A stretch of 64,000 nt of DNA from Escherichia coli (lineage in GTDB: Bacteria; Pseudomonadota; Gammaproteobacteria; Enterobacterales; Enterobacteriaceae), in assembly GCF_048403405.1 (NCBI RefSeq), contig NZ_CP183129.1, one strand, 5' to 3'. How positions within the stretch are numbered: the first letter of the stretch is position 1; each line of letters starts with the position of its first letter. The notes beneath the pieces were generated by a model, which saw nothing but the letters and a program-made list of their open reading frames with translations, did no database searches and had not been told where the DNA came from. A program made the position numbers and the translations under genes. This document shows positions 14,301 through 26,500 of the stretch, one piece after another.

Positions 14301-17300
14301 CTGATGGTGTAATACCATGCTTTTTCCACCTCTGTTTTAATTTGTCCCATTGCGCTATAGAAACATGATGTTGGAAAGTCGTAAAACGAGGTTGTTCAGT
14401 AATGGATGAATTCTTTATCGGTAAATATGGGGCAGAAGGTAAATCAGATAATAGATCCTGCCAGTAACACCATGCCATTTTCCACTCATCACTGTTACGA
14501 TTTGTTTGATTTTTTAAGCAGTAGTCGCGGAAGGTAAATGTTTGTGGTATTAATTCTTGTCCTGAATAGGCGTTAAATAGATCATCAAACAGAATTTTAA
14601 AGCTCATGGTATCAAACTGCAGTAAATCTAGATTGATATGTAATCTGTAACAATCGTTATTTAGCCAAGAAATTTCAACTTCAAATAATGGCCATGACTC
14701 AGTCGGTAATACCCGATAAGAAAGGGCTTCCCTTATCTGTGTTAGGCTCTCTTGTTGCTCTTGTTGGGTTAAATTTGTTAGGTCATGTTGAATAAAATGA
14801 AAATAAGGAACTTCTTTTAAGATACGTTGTTGTCCATCATCATCTATGATCATTCTCAACATATCATGACGCTGAATAACTTTATTCCAAGCTTTTTCAA
14901 GTGAGGCCGGCTCCCATATATGGCGTTGACAATCCCATTCAAAAATTGCATGGCAAGCAACGCCTCCGTAGTTAAAGAGGTTTTTACGTCCGATCCAATA
15001 GGCGTGTTGAATTGGTGTTAATGGAAATGGGGCATATCGTTCTGACTCCATTGTGTGGGAAATGTTGTCTTGATTATGGAGTGCTTCTGTCACAGTAAAT
15101 TTCTCAGGTGCTGCGGTTCGAATAACTGAGGCTAAACCAGCAATAGTCATATCATCATAAGATTGTTCAGCGTCAATATTGACCGCAAACTGTTTCTTAA
15201 TTTCCGCACTGAGATCGAGGAAAGAGAGAGAATCTAGTCCTAATTGGAATAGTTCAATGTGAGTATCAATATGTTCATCACCAAGACGCAACAGTTGTTT
15301 GATGCATGCTGTTAGCCACTGTTCTAAGTTATCACCAACGCGATAATCAACCCTGTTAGGGCTTACCGGCTCTGTTTGATCCGTTTGAGTTGGGGTTTCA
15401 CAAAGCTGGCGAGTGTGATTAATTTCATGGTTATCATAATGATCATTATGATTAGTCTGATGAAATAAAGGCGTTTTTTGTGTCATTAAAGGTGGAGTCG
15501 CTAAGCGCATTGCAAGGCGACAAGAGGTATTATCTAGCAGACAAGCATCTAAATGTGCCAGTCCTTCCTCAGTAGTAAGCGTACTCATACCTTTGTGTTG
15601 TAATTTATCATGGAGTTGTTTTTCTGCCACAAAGCCAACACTTTGCCATGCCCCCCAAGCGATAGAAATGACGGTTAATCCCTTGATATTGCGACGTGCA
15701 TATTCAGCTAATCCATCTAAATATCCACAAGCGAGGGAATGAGCTGCTTGTCCTTCAGAGCCTATAGTTGCAGCGGCAGAGGAGTATAAAATAAGGTAAC
15801 TGGCATCTGTTTTTTCTAAAGCATCACAAAATTGCTTGGCAGATATCGCTTTAACAGAAAATACGTCAGACATACGCTTAGGGGTGAGTTGTGTCATAAG
15901 TGCATCATCCAAAATACCTGCACTGTGTATAAGCCCCTCAATGCCACCTTCATTTTCAAGCTGAGTGAGTGCTGCATGACATTGAGCGTTATCACGACAA
16001 TCACATGTTAGCCATTTTATTTCTAGCTGGTTAGATTTCTGTAAGTTATTCATCCAATCTAATGCGCTGCTATCAGCTCGTGGTGCCAAAATAGCGATAC
16101 GTTTAGCACCTTGCCTTACTAACCAACTTGCTGTAATTCGACCTAAGCCTCCAAAACCACCAGTAATAATATGCCAGCGCGGGGATACCATGATGTTCTG
16201 CGCTATGATCGTAGAAGATGAGGGCAGTGGGGTTAATTGTGGTAAGTAGCAGCAATGGTTACGAACAATAATTTCATTATTACCTTGTTCTATTTGTATA
16301 AAAGCAGGAACTAATTCAGACCATGAGGCATTTATACCTAAATCAACAATGGCAATTAACCTTGAGCTATATTCTTTTTGAATAGTTTTTAATAAACTTC
16401 GAATACTACGTTGTGCTGGATTAACCGTTTCTATGGCAGTTAATGCCCAGGCTTGTTGCGTGATAACAACAAACCCATCAGACGATGACAGTAATATTTG
16501 GCGGATCTGCTCGGCGATAATTAAAGGATCTGCAAGGTTGGCAACGATTAATTGATTTTCGCCCTGTTCAGAAAGACATCCAATAGCGGATAAAATAGCT
16601 GTGATTTCAGAAGGCAATGTTTGTTGATGGTTAAATATTAATGTTGGCTTGATAAGATCTTGTTCCACACAAGGTGTTAATTGCCATTGGTAGTGTGAAC
16701 TTTGTTGTATCTTGGTGTCACTAGGTAACTCTTGATCAAAGTGATCGTTTTCTGTCGAAACACTGGCGAGAATAATATGTTCACACATATCTTTGGTTTC
16801 TGGTAATGCATCAGGTAACCAGCGAATATGTTGAAATCCTGCTAAGCGACACTGTTGATGCCATAATTCTGGTGATAAAAATAGTTTTCCTTTACGGATC
16901 TTTTCATCATGGAGGGGTAACACCAGTGGGCCAAAAACAAAATCAAATAAGCGAGCTTGTTTGGTTATTTCGCGCATAAGCAAATGACCATTGGAACGCA
17001 GTAAAGTACGAAGAGCAGTTAATGTATCTCCAATATGTTGAGTGGCATGAATAACATTAGCAGCAATAATAATGTCATAATAATCAGATTGAAAACCTTG
17101 TATTTCAGGGGATTGTTGTAAATTGAACTCTCGATAGTTAACAAATGAATATTGACTAAATTTTTGTGCGGCACGTCGGGTGAAGATAGGTGAAATATCG
17201 GTAAATTCGTATTCAACATGTTGTATGGTTGATAAAATAGGTAGCAGCCAAGAGGTGGTTCCTCCCGTGCCACCACCGACTTCAATAATTCGCAAAGGCT

Positions 17301-20300
17301 TAGCCACAGTGGGCTGGTAGTGAGAAAGTAATCCTTTAAGTACCGCGGCAGCAATTTGGTTAAAATAACGACCAAAACTAAAATCTTGATAGAGAACTTC
17401 AACACCTTGAGATGCACCTTCAGGAAAGATCACTGAAACAGGTTCAATCACGCCTGTCATCATATCGTAGAGTTGCTCTCCTGCTCGCTTGACGGTGTCA
17501 GGAATAGATTGAAGACCTTCGCTATCTAATTGTAATTGATGGAATAATAATGGTAATTTATCACTAGAAATAGATTTTATTTTTTTATAGTAGTTGTGCT
17601 GATTTATCTGTTGGTAAATATAATATCCATCCTCAACACAGGCCTCTAATAAACGTACTAATAATTGATAATAGCGGGGTAAAATGCGTCCTGCTCGCAT
17701 AATATCGATTACAGACATGGGGGTATTCAACTCATGGCCTAAACACGAGCATATCATTTTATCGACGTAATAATTATGTAAAGTGGTAAGTGTTGAATTA
17801 AATGAGTTTAAACGAGGAAGATCGAGTGTTGTAAGCGCTTTTAATGCCGTTTCACGACCTTGGCTAATAGGTAAATCAAATGCGCTTTTTTGTGGTTGAT
17901 ATTTTTCACTATCCTTTTTTTCATACCAATAATATTGTTTTTCAAAGGGATAGAGAGGTAATGGTATATAACTTCCTTGAGTTTTAAACAGTGACTGCCA
18001 TGGTAAATCATAGCCTGCAATAAATAGGGTTGTTGCAGCCTGTTGTTTCATCTGAATTTCATCAACTCCCATTCTGGCAGTTGGTATCCAACTAATCTCA
18101 GTAATGCCTTCACGTTCACCAAGATCACTTAATACAGAAGTTGGTCCTAATTCCATAGCATGGGTGACACCATGATTGACTAACGTTTGTATTGCATCTT
18201 GATACATAACTGTATTGCGTAGTTGCTGAGCCCAATATGATGGATGTTGAAGTTCTTTTTGAGAAATTAATTGCCCTGTATAGCCTGAGACTAAGGCTAT
18301 TTTTCCTTGTGAGGCTGATAATGACTCAGTAAATTCCATCAATTGATCAAGAATATTATCAATATAAGAGGTATGAGCAGCACACACGTTATTCATTTCT
18401 CTAAATCGAATATTCTTTGCTTTCAATATTTGAGTAAACTTTTGCATATCATCGGGTTGCCCCGCGAATGATAAGTTGTTATGGCCATTAATTGCAGCTA
18501 ATTCAACATGACATTGTTTAGCAATGATTTGAATATCTTGATATTCTGCAAATACAGCAATCATTTCACCATTAACATGACTTTCCATTAATTGTCCACT
18601 ATATACAGCAAGTGGCATCATTTGTTCGATTGTATAGAAACCAGCGATAACGGCTGCGGCATATTCTCCGCAAGAATGACCTACAATTATTTCAGGTAAA
18701 ATACCGATTGCTCGCCAATGTGCTGCCATTGCGATTTCATAGGCGACAATAGCCGCTTGAATATAACTGGCATTAACAAGTTTATCGCTATGTAGGCCAA
18801 ACATGACTTCTTTTAACGGAAATGTTAAGTGTTGCAGGCATGCTTGCTCACAACGATCGATTGTTTCGGCAAATGTTGTTGAATGTTGGTACATCACTTT
18901 ACCCATAGCAGGATATTGTGATCCCATACCAGAAAATAGCCACGCTATTTTCTTATTTGTTGATGTATGACCATATTGTATTAAAGAATCAGCACTTCCT
19001 TGAGAGAAAGCTAACAGTGAAATATCACTCTCACTTGTTAAGGGGATAGATAAGCGCCATGGTAAGTTGAGTTGTCTTTGCTGTAATGCATTATGAGCCA
19101 GAATGTTTGCTGGGGTAATTTTTATTAATGGTGCATAATCACCAGCAAGTTTTTTTAGACTCTCTTTTGTGGCGGCACTAAGCAATAATGAGTATTCAAA
19201 ATTATTGTCTACCTCTTGTTCAGGTTTGATTGATACTAATGAGTCAGGCAATGATTGCACAATGATATGACAGTTTGTTCCACCAATACCAAATGAAGAA
19301 ACACCAGCAGTTCGTATTCTGCTAGACCAAGCTTTAGGGTTTTTAGGAATGTAGAACGGGCTTTTTTCTATTTGTAATTGAGGATTTGGGTGATTAAAAT
19401 GCATAGATGGAGGAATAAGTGCTTTATTTACCGCTAATATCGTTTTAATTAGGCCAGTGATACCTGCTGCTGTATCCAGATGTCCGATATTGCCTTTAAC
19501 TGAGCCAATAGCGCATTTAGAAGCAGTAAGAGAGCGATCAGCGAAAACCTGACATAATGCACTAAACTCAATTGGATCACCTAATGGTGTAGCTGTTGCG
19601 TGTGCTTCAATAAGTTCAATATCTTCATTTTTAATATCGGCCAGTTGTATTGCTTCTCTAATAACTGAAACTTGGCCTGCTACGGAGGGAGCTGTGAATC
19701 CCGCTTTTTGATGACCATCATTATTAATGGCACTACCACGTAATACAGCAATAATTGTGTTTCCATCCACTAAGGCATCTTCAAGACGACGTAACACTAC
19801 AATACCAAATCCATTACCAGCAAAAGTACCGTTTGCCTCTGCATCAAAAGGACGACAAATACCATCTGGTGAGAAGATCATGCCTTTCTGATATAGATAA
19901 CCACCGGTTTGTGGAAATGTGATACCAATTCCACCAGCAATAGCCATACTGCATTCACCAGAGCGTAAACTTTCACAAGCCATATGTACGGCAACTAAGG
20001 AGCTAGAACAAGCGGTTTGTATAGTTAATGCTGGACCAGTTAAATTTAATTTATATGCAATACGTGTTGCGAGATAGTCTTTATCATTCCCTAATAATTT
20101 TTGCATGCCACGGACATGGCCAATATTGTGCAATGCTAAATCTTGCTGGGCAGGATAGCTGCTCATTCTTGCTGAAGCAAAAACGCCTGTTTTGATGGTT
20201 ATATTGCAAGGGGCATATCCAGCATGCTCTAAAGCATGCCAAGCACCTTGTAAAAAAATTCTTTGCTGGGGATCGATAAGTTCAGCTTCTGAGCGTGAAT

Positions 20301-20556
20301 AATTAAATAGAGTAGCGTCAAAATATTCCGCTTCATCTAACGGCGCGCCACGATTAACAAAATCAGGTGAATGATAAGTTTGTTCAGCGACACCTGCGGC
20401 TTTTAGTTCTTCTTCAGAAAAAAGACGAGAGCTATCGTGTTTATTAATTATGTTATGCCAAAATTGATCAATATTTTGTGCATCAGGGAAGCGACCAGAA
20501 AGACCAATAACAGCTATAGGTTCACTATTACCATAGAAAGTTTCAAAATTCAGCAT
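11341..20556 (-). CDS. nrpS: Hybrid PKS/NRPS, HMWP1 (Irp1)-like: KS-AT-MT-KR-ACP-Cy-MT-PCP-TE
   Basis: Motifs in order: KS TACSSSL / EAHATATPLGD / GNIGHL; AT GHSCGEY; MT EVGGGTGG; KR TGGFGGLGR; ACP LGLDSLS; Cy FPLTPIQHAYWIGR and DLLQFDTMS; MT EIGAGTGA; PCP GGDSLIA; TE GWSYGA. Confidence 0.9.
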   Translation of the reverse strand: MLNFETFYGNSEPIAVIGLSGRFPDAQNIDQFWHNIINKHDSSRLFSEEELKAAGVAEQTYHSPDFVNRGAPLDEAEYFDATLFNYSRSEAELIDPQQRIFLQGAWHALEHAGYAPCNITIKTGVFASARMSSYPAQQDLALHNIGHVRGMQKLLGNDKDYLATRIAYKLNLTGPALTIQTACSSSLVAVHMACESLRSGECSMAIAGGIGITFPQTGGYLYQKGMIFSPDGICRPFDAEANGTFAGNGFGIVVLRRLEDALVDGNTIIAVLRGSAINNDGHQKAGFTAPSVAGQVSVIREAIQLADIKNEDIELIEAHATATPLGDPIEFSALCQVFADRSLTASKCAIGSVKGNIGHLDTAAGITGLIKTILAVNKALIPPSMHFNHPNPQLQIEKSPFYIPKNPKAWSSRIRTAGVSSFGIGGTNCHIIVQSLPDSLVSIKPEQEVDNNFEYSLLLSAATKESLKKLAGDYAPLIKITPANILAHNALQQRQLNLPWRLSIPLTSESDISLLAFSQGSADSLIQYGHTSTNKKIAWLFSGMGSQYPAMGKVMYQHSTTFAETIDRCEQACLQHLTFPLKEVMFGLHSDKLVNASYIQAAIVAYEIAMAAHWRAIGILPEIIVGHSCGEYAAAVIAGFYTIEQMMPLAVYSGQLMESHVNGEMIAVFAEYQDIQIIAKQCHVELAAINGHNNLSFAGQPDDMQKFTQILKAKNIRFREMNNVCAAHTSYIDNILDQLMEFTESLSASQGKIALVSGYTGQLISQKELQHPSYWAQQLRNTVMYQDAIQTLVNHGVTHAMELGPTSVLSDLGEREGITEISWIPTARMGVDEIQMKQQAATTLFIAGYDLPWQSLFKTQGSYIPLPLYPFEKQYYWYEKKDSEKYQPQKSAFDLPISQGRETALKALTTLDLPRLNSFNSTLTTLHNYYVDKMICSCLGHELNTPMSVIDIMRAGRILPRYYQLLVRLLEACVEDGYYIYQQINQHNYYKKIKSISSDKLPLLFHQLQLDSEGLQSIPDTVKRAGEQLYDMMTGVIEPVSVIFPEGASQGVEVLYQDFSFGRYFNQIAAAVLKGLLSHYQPTVAKPLRIIEVGGGTGGTTSWLLPILSTIQHVEYEFTDISPIFTRRAAQKFSQYSFVNYREFNLQQSPEIQGFQSDYYDIIIAANVIHATQHIGDTLTALRTLLRSNGHLLMREITKQARLFDFVFGPLVLPLHDEKIRKGKLFLSPELWHQQCRLAGFQHIRWLPDALPETKDMCEHIILASVSTENDHFDQELPSDTKIQQSSHYQWQLTPCVEQDLIKPTLIFNHQQTLPSEITAILSAIGCLSEQGENQLIVANLADPLIIAEQIRQILLSSSDGFVVITQQAWALTAIETVNPAQRSIRSLLKTIQKEYSSRLIAIVDLGINASWSELVPAFIQIEQGNNEIIVRNHCCYLPQLTPLPSSSTIIAQNIMVSPRWHIITGGFGGLGRITASWLVRQGAKRIAILAPRADSSALDWMNNLQKSNQLEIKWLTCDCRDNAQCHAALTQLENEGGIEGLIHSAGILDDALMTQLTPKRMSDVFSVKAISAKQFCDALEKTDASYLILYSSAAATIGSEGQAAHSLACGYLDGLAEYARRNIKGLTVISIAWGAWQSVGFVAEKQLHDKLQHKGMSTLTTEEGLAHLDACLLDNTSCRLAMRLATPPLMTQKTPLFHQTNHNDHYDNHEINHTRQLCETPTQTDQTEPVSPNRVDYRVGDNLEQWLTACIKQLLRLGDEHIDTHIELFQLGLDSLSFLDLSAEIKKQFAVNIDAEQSYDDMTIAGLASVIRTAAPEKFTVTEALHNQDNISHTMESERYAPFPLTPIQHAYWIGRKNLFNYGGVACHAIFEWDCQRHIWEPASLEKAWNKVIQRHDMLRMIIDDDGQQRILKEVPYFHFIQHDLTNLTQQEQQESLTQIREALSYRVLPTESWPLFEVEISWLNNDCYRLHINLDLLQFDTMSFKILFDDLFNAYSGQELIPQTFTFRDYCLKNQTNRNSDEWKMAWCYWQDLLSDLPSAPYLPIKNSSITEQPRFTTFQHHVSIAQWDKLKQRWKKHGITPSAGLLTLFALVLGRWTKYPAFTLNLTFFNRQPWHPDVTQLIGDFTSVLPIDIYLDNDCTLNESMAKIQRRLWQHLSKSQVNGVEILREWGRYKGDSSQSLLPIVFTSMLGMTLDGDNIDEALNQLFGQPVYSFAQTPQVWLDHQVMEGKEGLTLNWFCMDDIFADGLLTMMFSDYQSLITQLCQDEDNNQSVDKIIAQLPSYQHLAIDNHLQSRYQQLEQTLENHPQIKRAHAMVMVKDDTKVEPPLQLLFEASSDIPLSVIKQPNWLPNLLSPSASLSDIIEKSWQRFEERARYGICHTLYRNALFTELNTPITLAEIVARLKAKPQYERLLSQWLDLLCLHHLLTKEGDQFYATTQFINLCLSAPVFQQPVNDWEYVLWDYLEQSLTQHELLFSGKVSPLSLLFNSDEITTALYAKHPALNYLNQCAKDIVSAMVGATSSLNILEIGAGTGATTQGIVAVLKNTHYSYTFTDISHYFLDKARKKFTAVGEMRYQLFDINAPIQFSHHPDNGYDLIIASNVLHDASHIGHALKRIRSLLKPQGYLLFIEATECQSAMQMATVGFIEGLSAYQDKRILTNKAMLDSESWHDILINTGFETIGQWPQTDSSSLRQTLFLASPTRGGKPYLGKLRDYLSHSLDQNIDSFELFQCENIEATLNGIATSSAQELNEQIQPVAIPDVPTNMINEIIALWSELLGREVNSTNDFFRSGGDSLIATKMISQLHQRGYPATLQQIFTYPCLADFCAHLEQEKQSQREYSSLIPLSAVSAPKPYHYFMVHASDGDPGVYLPLAESLNNTVWGLTVTDASKLTDLDTLLSLHLSSIKTAQQTGPYILIGWSYGAFIASYLAEQLSQQNHSVLLVLIDPVYRHDFIKFCHDDSDSSSDENKQLACTKRLMSFLPESDLPLSDDIACLWLEATNHPTEWTSPEKEWYQRLPPHTQHHYFSGEHWSILQDRATSTHLAEIIDQWVQQKLSNNGYPSEGGN

Positions 20557-20568
20557 GATTAATATCCT

Positions 20569-23500
20569 TTATCTACTATGAGTTCGTAGTTGTAACCGTT
20601 TCTTTCTCTTGTTTTTGTGTTTGTCTCGGTCGGAATATTGCTCACATGTTGGTGAAGTGTTTTGCCAAAGCAATTGCGCTAATGTACTTAGATTTGGACT
20701 AGCGAACAGATCAGTAATTGTAATATGGCTATAGCCATTTTTTTGTAGTGCTGCATGAAGTTGAACCAATTGTAAAGAGCTGGCACCTGCTTCGAAAAAA
20801 TTTGTTTCAGGTGCTAACGTTATTCCAATAACTTGCTTAACAAGTTGTTGTAGTTTTTGTATTGTCTGACCTGTTTTTTGTGTATCAGTAGATTGTTTAT
20901 AATGTGTGTTTTGATTATTTTTGGCATTGAAAACTGGGGTGATGACGAGATTATTGCATCTTGGTATAAGTTTATTTAGTGGCAATTGCCAAGATTGTGG
21001 TTCAGTAGCCAGTTTAGTGAGTATATGTTCATATTGCTGGAACATGGAAAAAATGGTTGTGTAGTCAAATAATTGTTCGACAAAATCCCAGTTTAAATAT
21101 AATTCACCGTCTGACTCATATACTTGATGATCTAGCCATGTTTGTGGTGTTTGTGATATTCCCCAAACAGGTTTTAGCCATGAATGATGAGAAAGAAAAC
21201 CTTCATCATGTTTATAGCCCAATGCACAGGTAAAAACGACAGGTATCTCTATATGAGACATCTGTCGTTGAATTGCCATTTCACGCATTACTTTAATGGC
21301 TGAAACACTACGATGTTGCATATCTTTATGTAAACGTTTTTGCATCATTGAGATACTGTTTGACCAAAGATCACAGGTATACCAATCGAGTAATTGTAAT
21401 GAGGTAAAATCACCAAGTACTTCATTTATTTGAGGATGTACAGGATGCCGATTAAATAATGTCAAATTAATTGTTAACTCAGGGCTTTTACTCCATGCGG
21501 ATAATGTGGCGCAATAAGCAGCAATCAAAAGTGCTGCTGGCGTAACATTATTTTGCTGAGCAACTTGTTGTAGTGCTTGCCAAACAGAAGTAGATAATGA
21601 TGTTTGTAAACGCGAGAAGCGAGGTTGCACAATCTGTGCTGGATCTTTTATTAGTGGCAATTGTGGGGCTGGTGGTAATTGTGGTAAACGCGTTAACCAA
21701 TATTCCCAATCATTTTGTGTGTTAATCGGATAGGCATCACAATCAATATAATCTCGAAAAGTAATATCTAGAGGGATAAATTGGTGATTTGGCTCCATAT
21801 ACAGTGTTTTTAGCTCACTGAAAAATATCTGCATACTCATTCCATCAAGGAATAAGTTATCAAGGCTAATAAAAATATGATCTGGTTGTTCTTTGGTCTT
21901 GATAACTTGAATAGTAAATAAAGGCCAAATTTCTGGATCATAAACAATGTTAGCAAGTTGAGCTCGTAATACTAGAAAAGCGTCACTTTTTTCTGTAGGG
22001 ATATAATGCGTTTTAACGGAATAATAAGGAACTTTTTTAAGTACTTGTTGTTGTCCATTAATAATGACACCACGTAACATATCATGACGAGAAATCAACT
22101 GATTAATTGTACGTTCTAATTTAGGTACATCTAAATTTTCCGCTATAAAATGGACAAAAAAATGTGTACCAACACCCCCAAGTGTAAAATTATTTTGCCG
22201 TCCAACTAAGTAAGCTTGCTGAATATCAGTGAGTGGAAATGGATTGTATCTATACGCCTCGTTATGTGAAATTGCTGGCTGTTTTTCGAAAACTTCGCTC
22301 TGCTTTATATTTTGTGCAAAATCAGAAAGGATCGGATAAGCAAAGATATGCTCCAGTTCAACTTGGTAGCCAATATGGTTTAAATCAGAGATCAATCGAA
22401 TAGCAACTAGGCTATCTCCCCCTTCACGAAAGAAATGACTGTGACGGTGTATCTTGTTGGTGCCAAGGAGCTTTTGCCATATTGTTATGATGATCTGTTC
22501 TTTACCATTGATAGGTTGTTGATTTAGGTATTCTTCTTGGTATTCCTGACAATACAATTTTAATGATTGGTTATCTATTTTGCCATTTGCGGTTAAGGGG
22601 AACTCAGTTAGAAAATAAATATGTTTTGGGATCATATAGTCTGGTAAAAATTGGCGCAAATCATGCTCTAGCTTATTTTTATCTGGTAAATAAATTTTTT
22701 CTGGTGCTTGGTATAACTGTGTCAATATTTCGCCGTTAACTCCTTCACTTTTATAAGTCGCAGTAGAAGCGCTAAAGATATCTTTGCATTTTTTTGCTGT
22801 TAATAATTCATCAGCAGGATCACTACCATTTTGTTGTAATAAAGAGATGCTTATCAGTGATTGTGCAGGGGCATGTAACACTTCTTGTATAAAAATCATT
22901 CCACTCGGAGCACAGAGTGAAACGAATTTTTGTATCTCTTTTTGTGGGCTGTCTAATCGATGAAGATAATTGTTCATCCAAATGATATCTGCACTATATC
23001 GATTTTTATGAAGAAATACTTCTGTAAGAGGCTCAGCATAACTATTTTGATAATCTGATAAATTTTGGTTAGCTTGCGTTACCATTGAAAGAGACTCATC
23101 AGTTAGCAGTAGGGTAACCATATTAGTGGGTAATCGTTGCAGAATATAATTTGCTGAAATACCGCTTCTAGCACCTAATTGAATGATTTTTATTGGCCTT
23201 TTTAGTGAATGATGAAGTTCTCTTATTTGTTGTAGTAAATTTTCTAAGGAGTAGTGCATTCCATCAATACGCATAGTGACTTGTTCTGGTGACCAATAGG
23301 GATCATCAAATAGTGTTAGAGCTGATTTTTTACCTTTGAGTATGTCTGTTAAATTGTTTTTGTGGCGCTGCAAATTTTCTATTAGCGTTCGCTGGGTACT
23401 ATTAGTTGGGGGGGAATTGAGTGTAGTTTGTGGATATTGTGCTATTAAATTTAGCCAATTAGCCATTAATGACTGATAGCTAGCGATAATGCTATGGTCA

Positions 23501-26500
23501 TCTGCTGATTTTTTTTCTGACAAGAGGTTGTCGAAATCAATATTTTGTTCAGTAAGATAATCATATAAAAATCCAGCTATGATTGCCGTTTCTTGGGATT
23601 GTTGTTGTACATTTATTGGGGTTGAGCGCAGATAGTAGAGGGGAGAAAAGGTGCTATTTGAACTGATAATATCCTGGTAATTACCCGAATTTAGTATCAC
23701 AAAAGAGTGTAATGCTTTTTCTTTATTACCATTACCAAGGCATAGTGTAATCGCATTTTGCACACCCTGAAGCTTATTGAATGCAGCATCAATTTCCCCT
23801 GGTTCTATACGGTATCCGCCAATCTTAACTTGGCGGTCACGTCTTCCTAAAAATTCAAGTATACCGCCAGGGAGATATCTTCCCATATCACCTGTTTTAT
23901 ACCAATTTTCACCATTTTGTTTTACAAACTGTTGTGCTGTTTTTTCGGGATCGTTTAGGTAGCCTAACGCAACGCCTGCACCACCAATCCAAAGTTCTCC
24001 TGATACCCAATCAGGGCAATCTTCTCCTCTAGCATTAACAATACGATAACGTTGGTTGGATAAAGGATATCCATAAGGTATCGAGCTCCAGGATGGGTCT
24101 AATGTTGTGACATTAAAATAGTTAGACCAAATAGCGGCTTCTGTGGCACCTCCCATGGCGACTATTTGTCCATCAGGGCAGAAATTATAGTAACGTGTCG
24201 GGAGATCAAGCCCAATCCAATCTCCAGAGAGATAGATTAATAGCAGCGATTGTGGAATGGATGACCCTATTCCTTCTGCATAGGTTAGTAACATATCAAA
24301 CAGTGCAGGTACGCTGTTCCAAAGTGTTATTTTATGTTGGTTAATAAGTCGTAACCATGCATCAGGATTACGGCGCTCATCTTCTTTAACTAATACAAGA
24401 GTCCCTCCGGCATTTAAAACACCGAAAATATCATAAACAGACAGATCAAAATGTAGTGCTGATATGGCAAGTACCCGATCTTTGTCTGAAATGTTATATC
24501 GCCGATTGAGATCAAGGCAGGTATTCATTGCGCTGGCATGGGATACAACAACACCTTTAGGCTCTCCAGTAGAACCTGAAGTATAAATAACATAAGCTGC
24601 TTGATGAGGAGATATATCTATATTGTGTAGTGGTTTATTCTCGGAGGGTTGAACTTTTTGCCAAACAATCCTGTTACAAAATGTAGCATAGATTGAATAG
24701 GATGGATCGCTATCAGATACGATGAGTAATGAAAGCTGAGCATTTTTAGCAATGCGGTTTATACGTTCTTCTGGTTGTAGTACATCAATCGGAACATAAG
24801 TTCCCCCCATTAATAAAATAGCCAGAACGCTAATGATTTGCCCTACTCCTTTTGGCATACATACACCAATTCTGTCTTCTGGTTTATAACCTTGTTGTAT
24901 TATTTGATCACTGAGTATTGTTGCTTTAGATAATAATTTTTTGTAGCTCCATTCCTGAGAGTCGATATCAATGACAGCAATTTTTGATGAATTTGAATAA
25001 TTATGGAAAATAGACTTATGCAGTGTATGTGGTAATAGTGAATTATCTTTTTTGATAACTGATATTCTATTTTTTAATTGTTTTTTAGGAATTAAATCAG
25101 GTTGGGTTTCAATCCAGGCATTAGGATCGTTGGCAAGTTGGCGTATACGAGAAATATAAACATCAAATATTGTTGTTATAACATCATTCCGGAACAAGTC
25201 ATTGTTATAATCCCACTGTAAAACAATATTTCCACTTTTGTTAATTGCCATGTGATCAAGCCAAACTTGTGGGGTTTGTGATATTCCCCATCCTATAGAA
25301 CCTAATACAGATTCTATATTTTTATCAATAAGTGGTTGATTAATATGGCTAGTAAAGACAACAGGACACCCATAAGGATGGGTGCCATTTTTACGAAGGT
25401 CTCTAATGATATCAATACCAGAATAATCAGAATGTTGCCAAGCTTCAATAAATGTATTTTGATTGTCTTTAGATAATGAAATTAATGGTCGATTGTCTGT
25501 TTTCATTTCTAAAAGAATGACATTAGTAAAATCAGCTATAATATTATTAACTGCAGGGGCTAATGGCTTTCTATCAAATAATGTAAAGTTGAGTAATAAG
25601 CTATTTTGGCCAGTCCATCTTGCAAGTACAGATGAGAAACAGGTTGCTAATGCAATGGAAGGTGTAATATTATTTTCTTTAGCCAAATTACTAAAGTTTT
25701 TCCATTCTTTTGAGCTAAATGTCCAGCTAAGGCGTTTAATTTTTATTTTATTTATTTTTTCTGGATCCATATATAATGGCAGAAGAGGAGAGTCTGGTAG
25801 GTTTGGGATTTTATTTTTCCAATATTGATATGCTGATTCTTTGTTTTCATACTGTTTTTTATCTTGTAAATAATGGTAAAAGTCATAGTGCTCATCTAAC
25901 TGAGGCAGTATTTCTCCGCTCAATAATAAACAAAGTTCAGTAAAGAGTAATGAATAACTTGTACCATCTGCAATCAACATATCAATATTAGTACATAAAC
26001 GATATCTGTTGTTAGGTAGCGATATCATGTGAAAATCAATTAACTGACCGCTTTCAACATTTAGTACCTGATGGCTTAATTTTTCCCGTAATTGTAAAAG
26101 TTTTTTCTCATACTCATCTTTTGGTAATTTACTAAAATCATGATATGTAACATATTTTCTATTTGGGTTAGGAGACCAAAATTGTGTACCCTGTTGGTGA
26201 AATACTATATTCAACATGGGATGACGTTTTGATAATAATACTAATGCTTTCTCTAGACTTTCCGGAGTAAATTTAGGGGTGCCATCAAATTCTTGATAAA
26301 TTTGGCAAGCAACACCACCAAGAGTTTGTTTATTCAAACGGCCGACAAAATAGGCATGTTGTATAGGTGTAAGTGAAAACTCACCAGCATTTTTTATTGT
26401 TTTATGTGTATATATATTATCTTTTCTTTCTTTTTTATTTATATCTGATTTTTTTAATATTTTATACCATCCTTTTATTGTTGGATTTAAATACAAATCT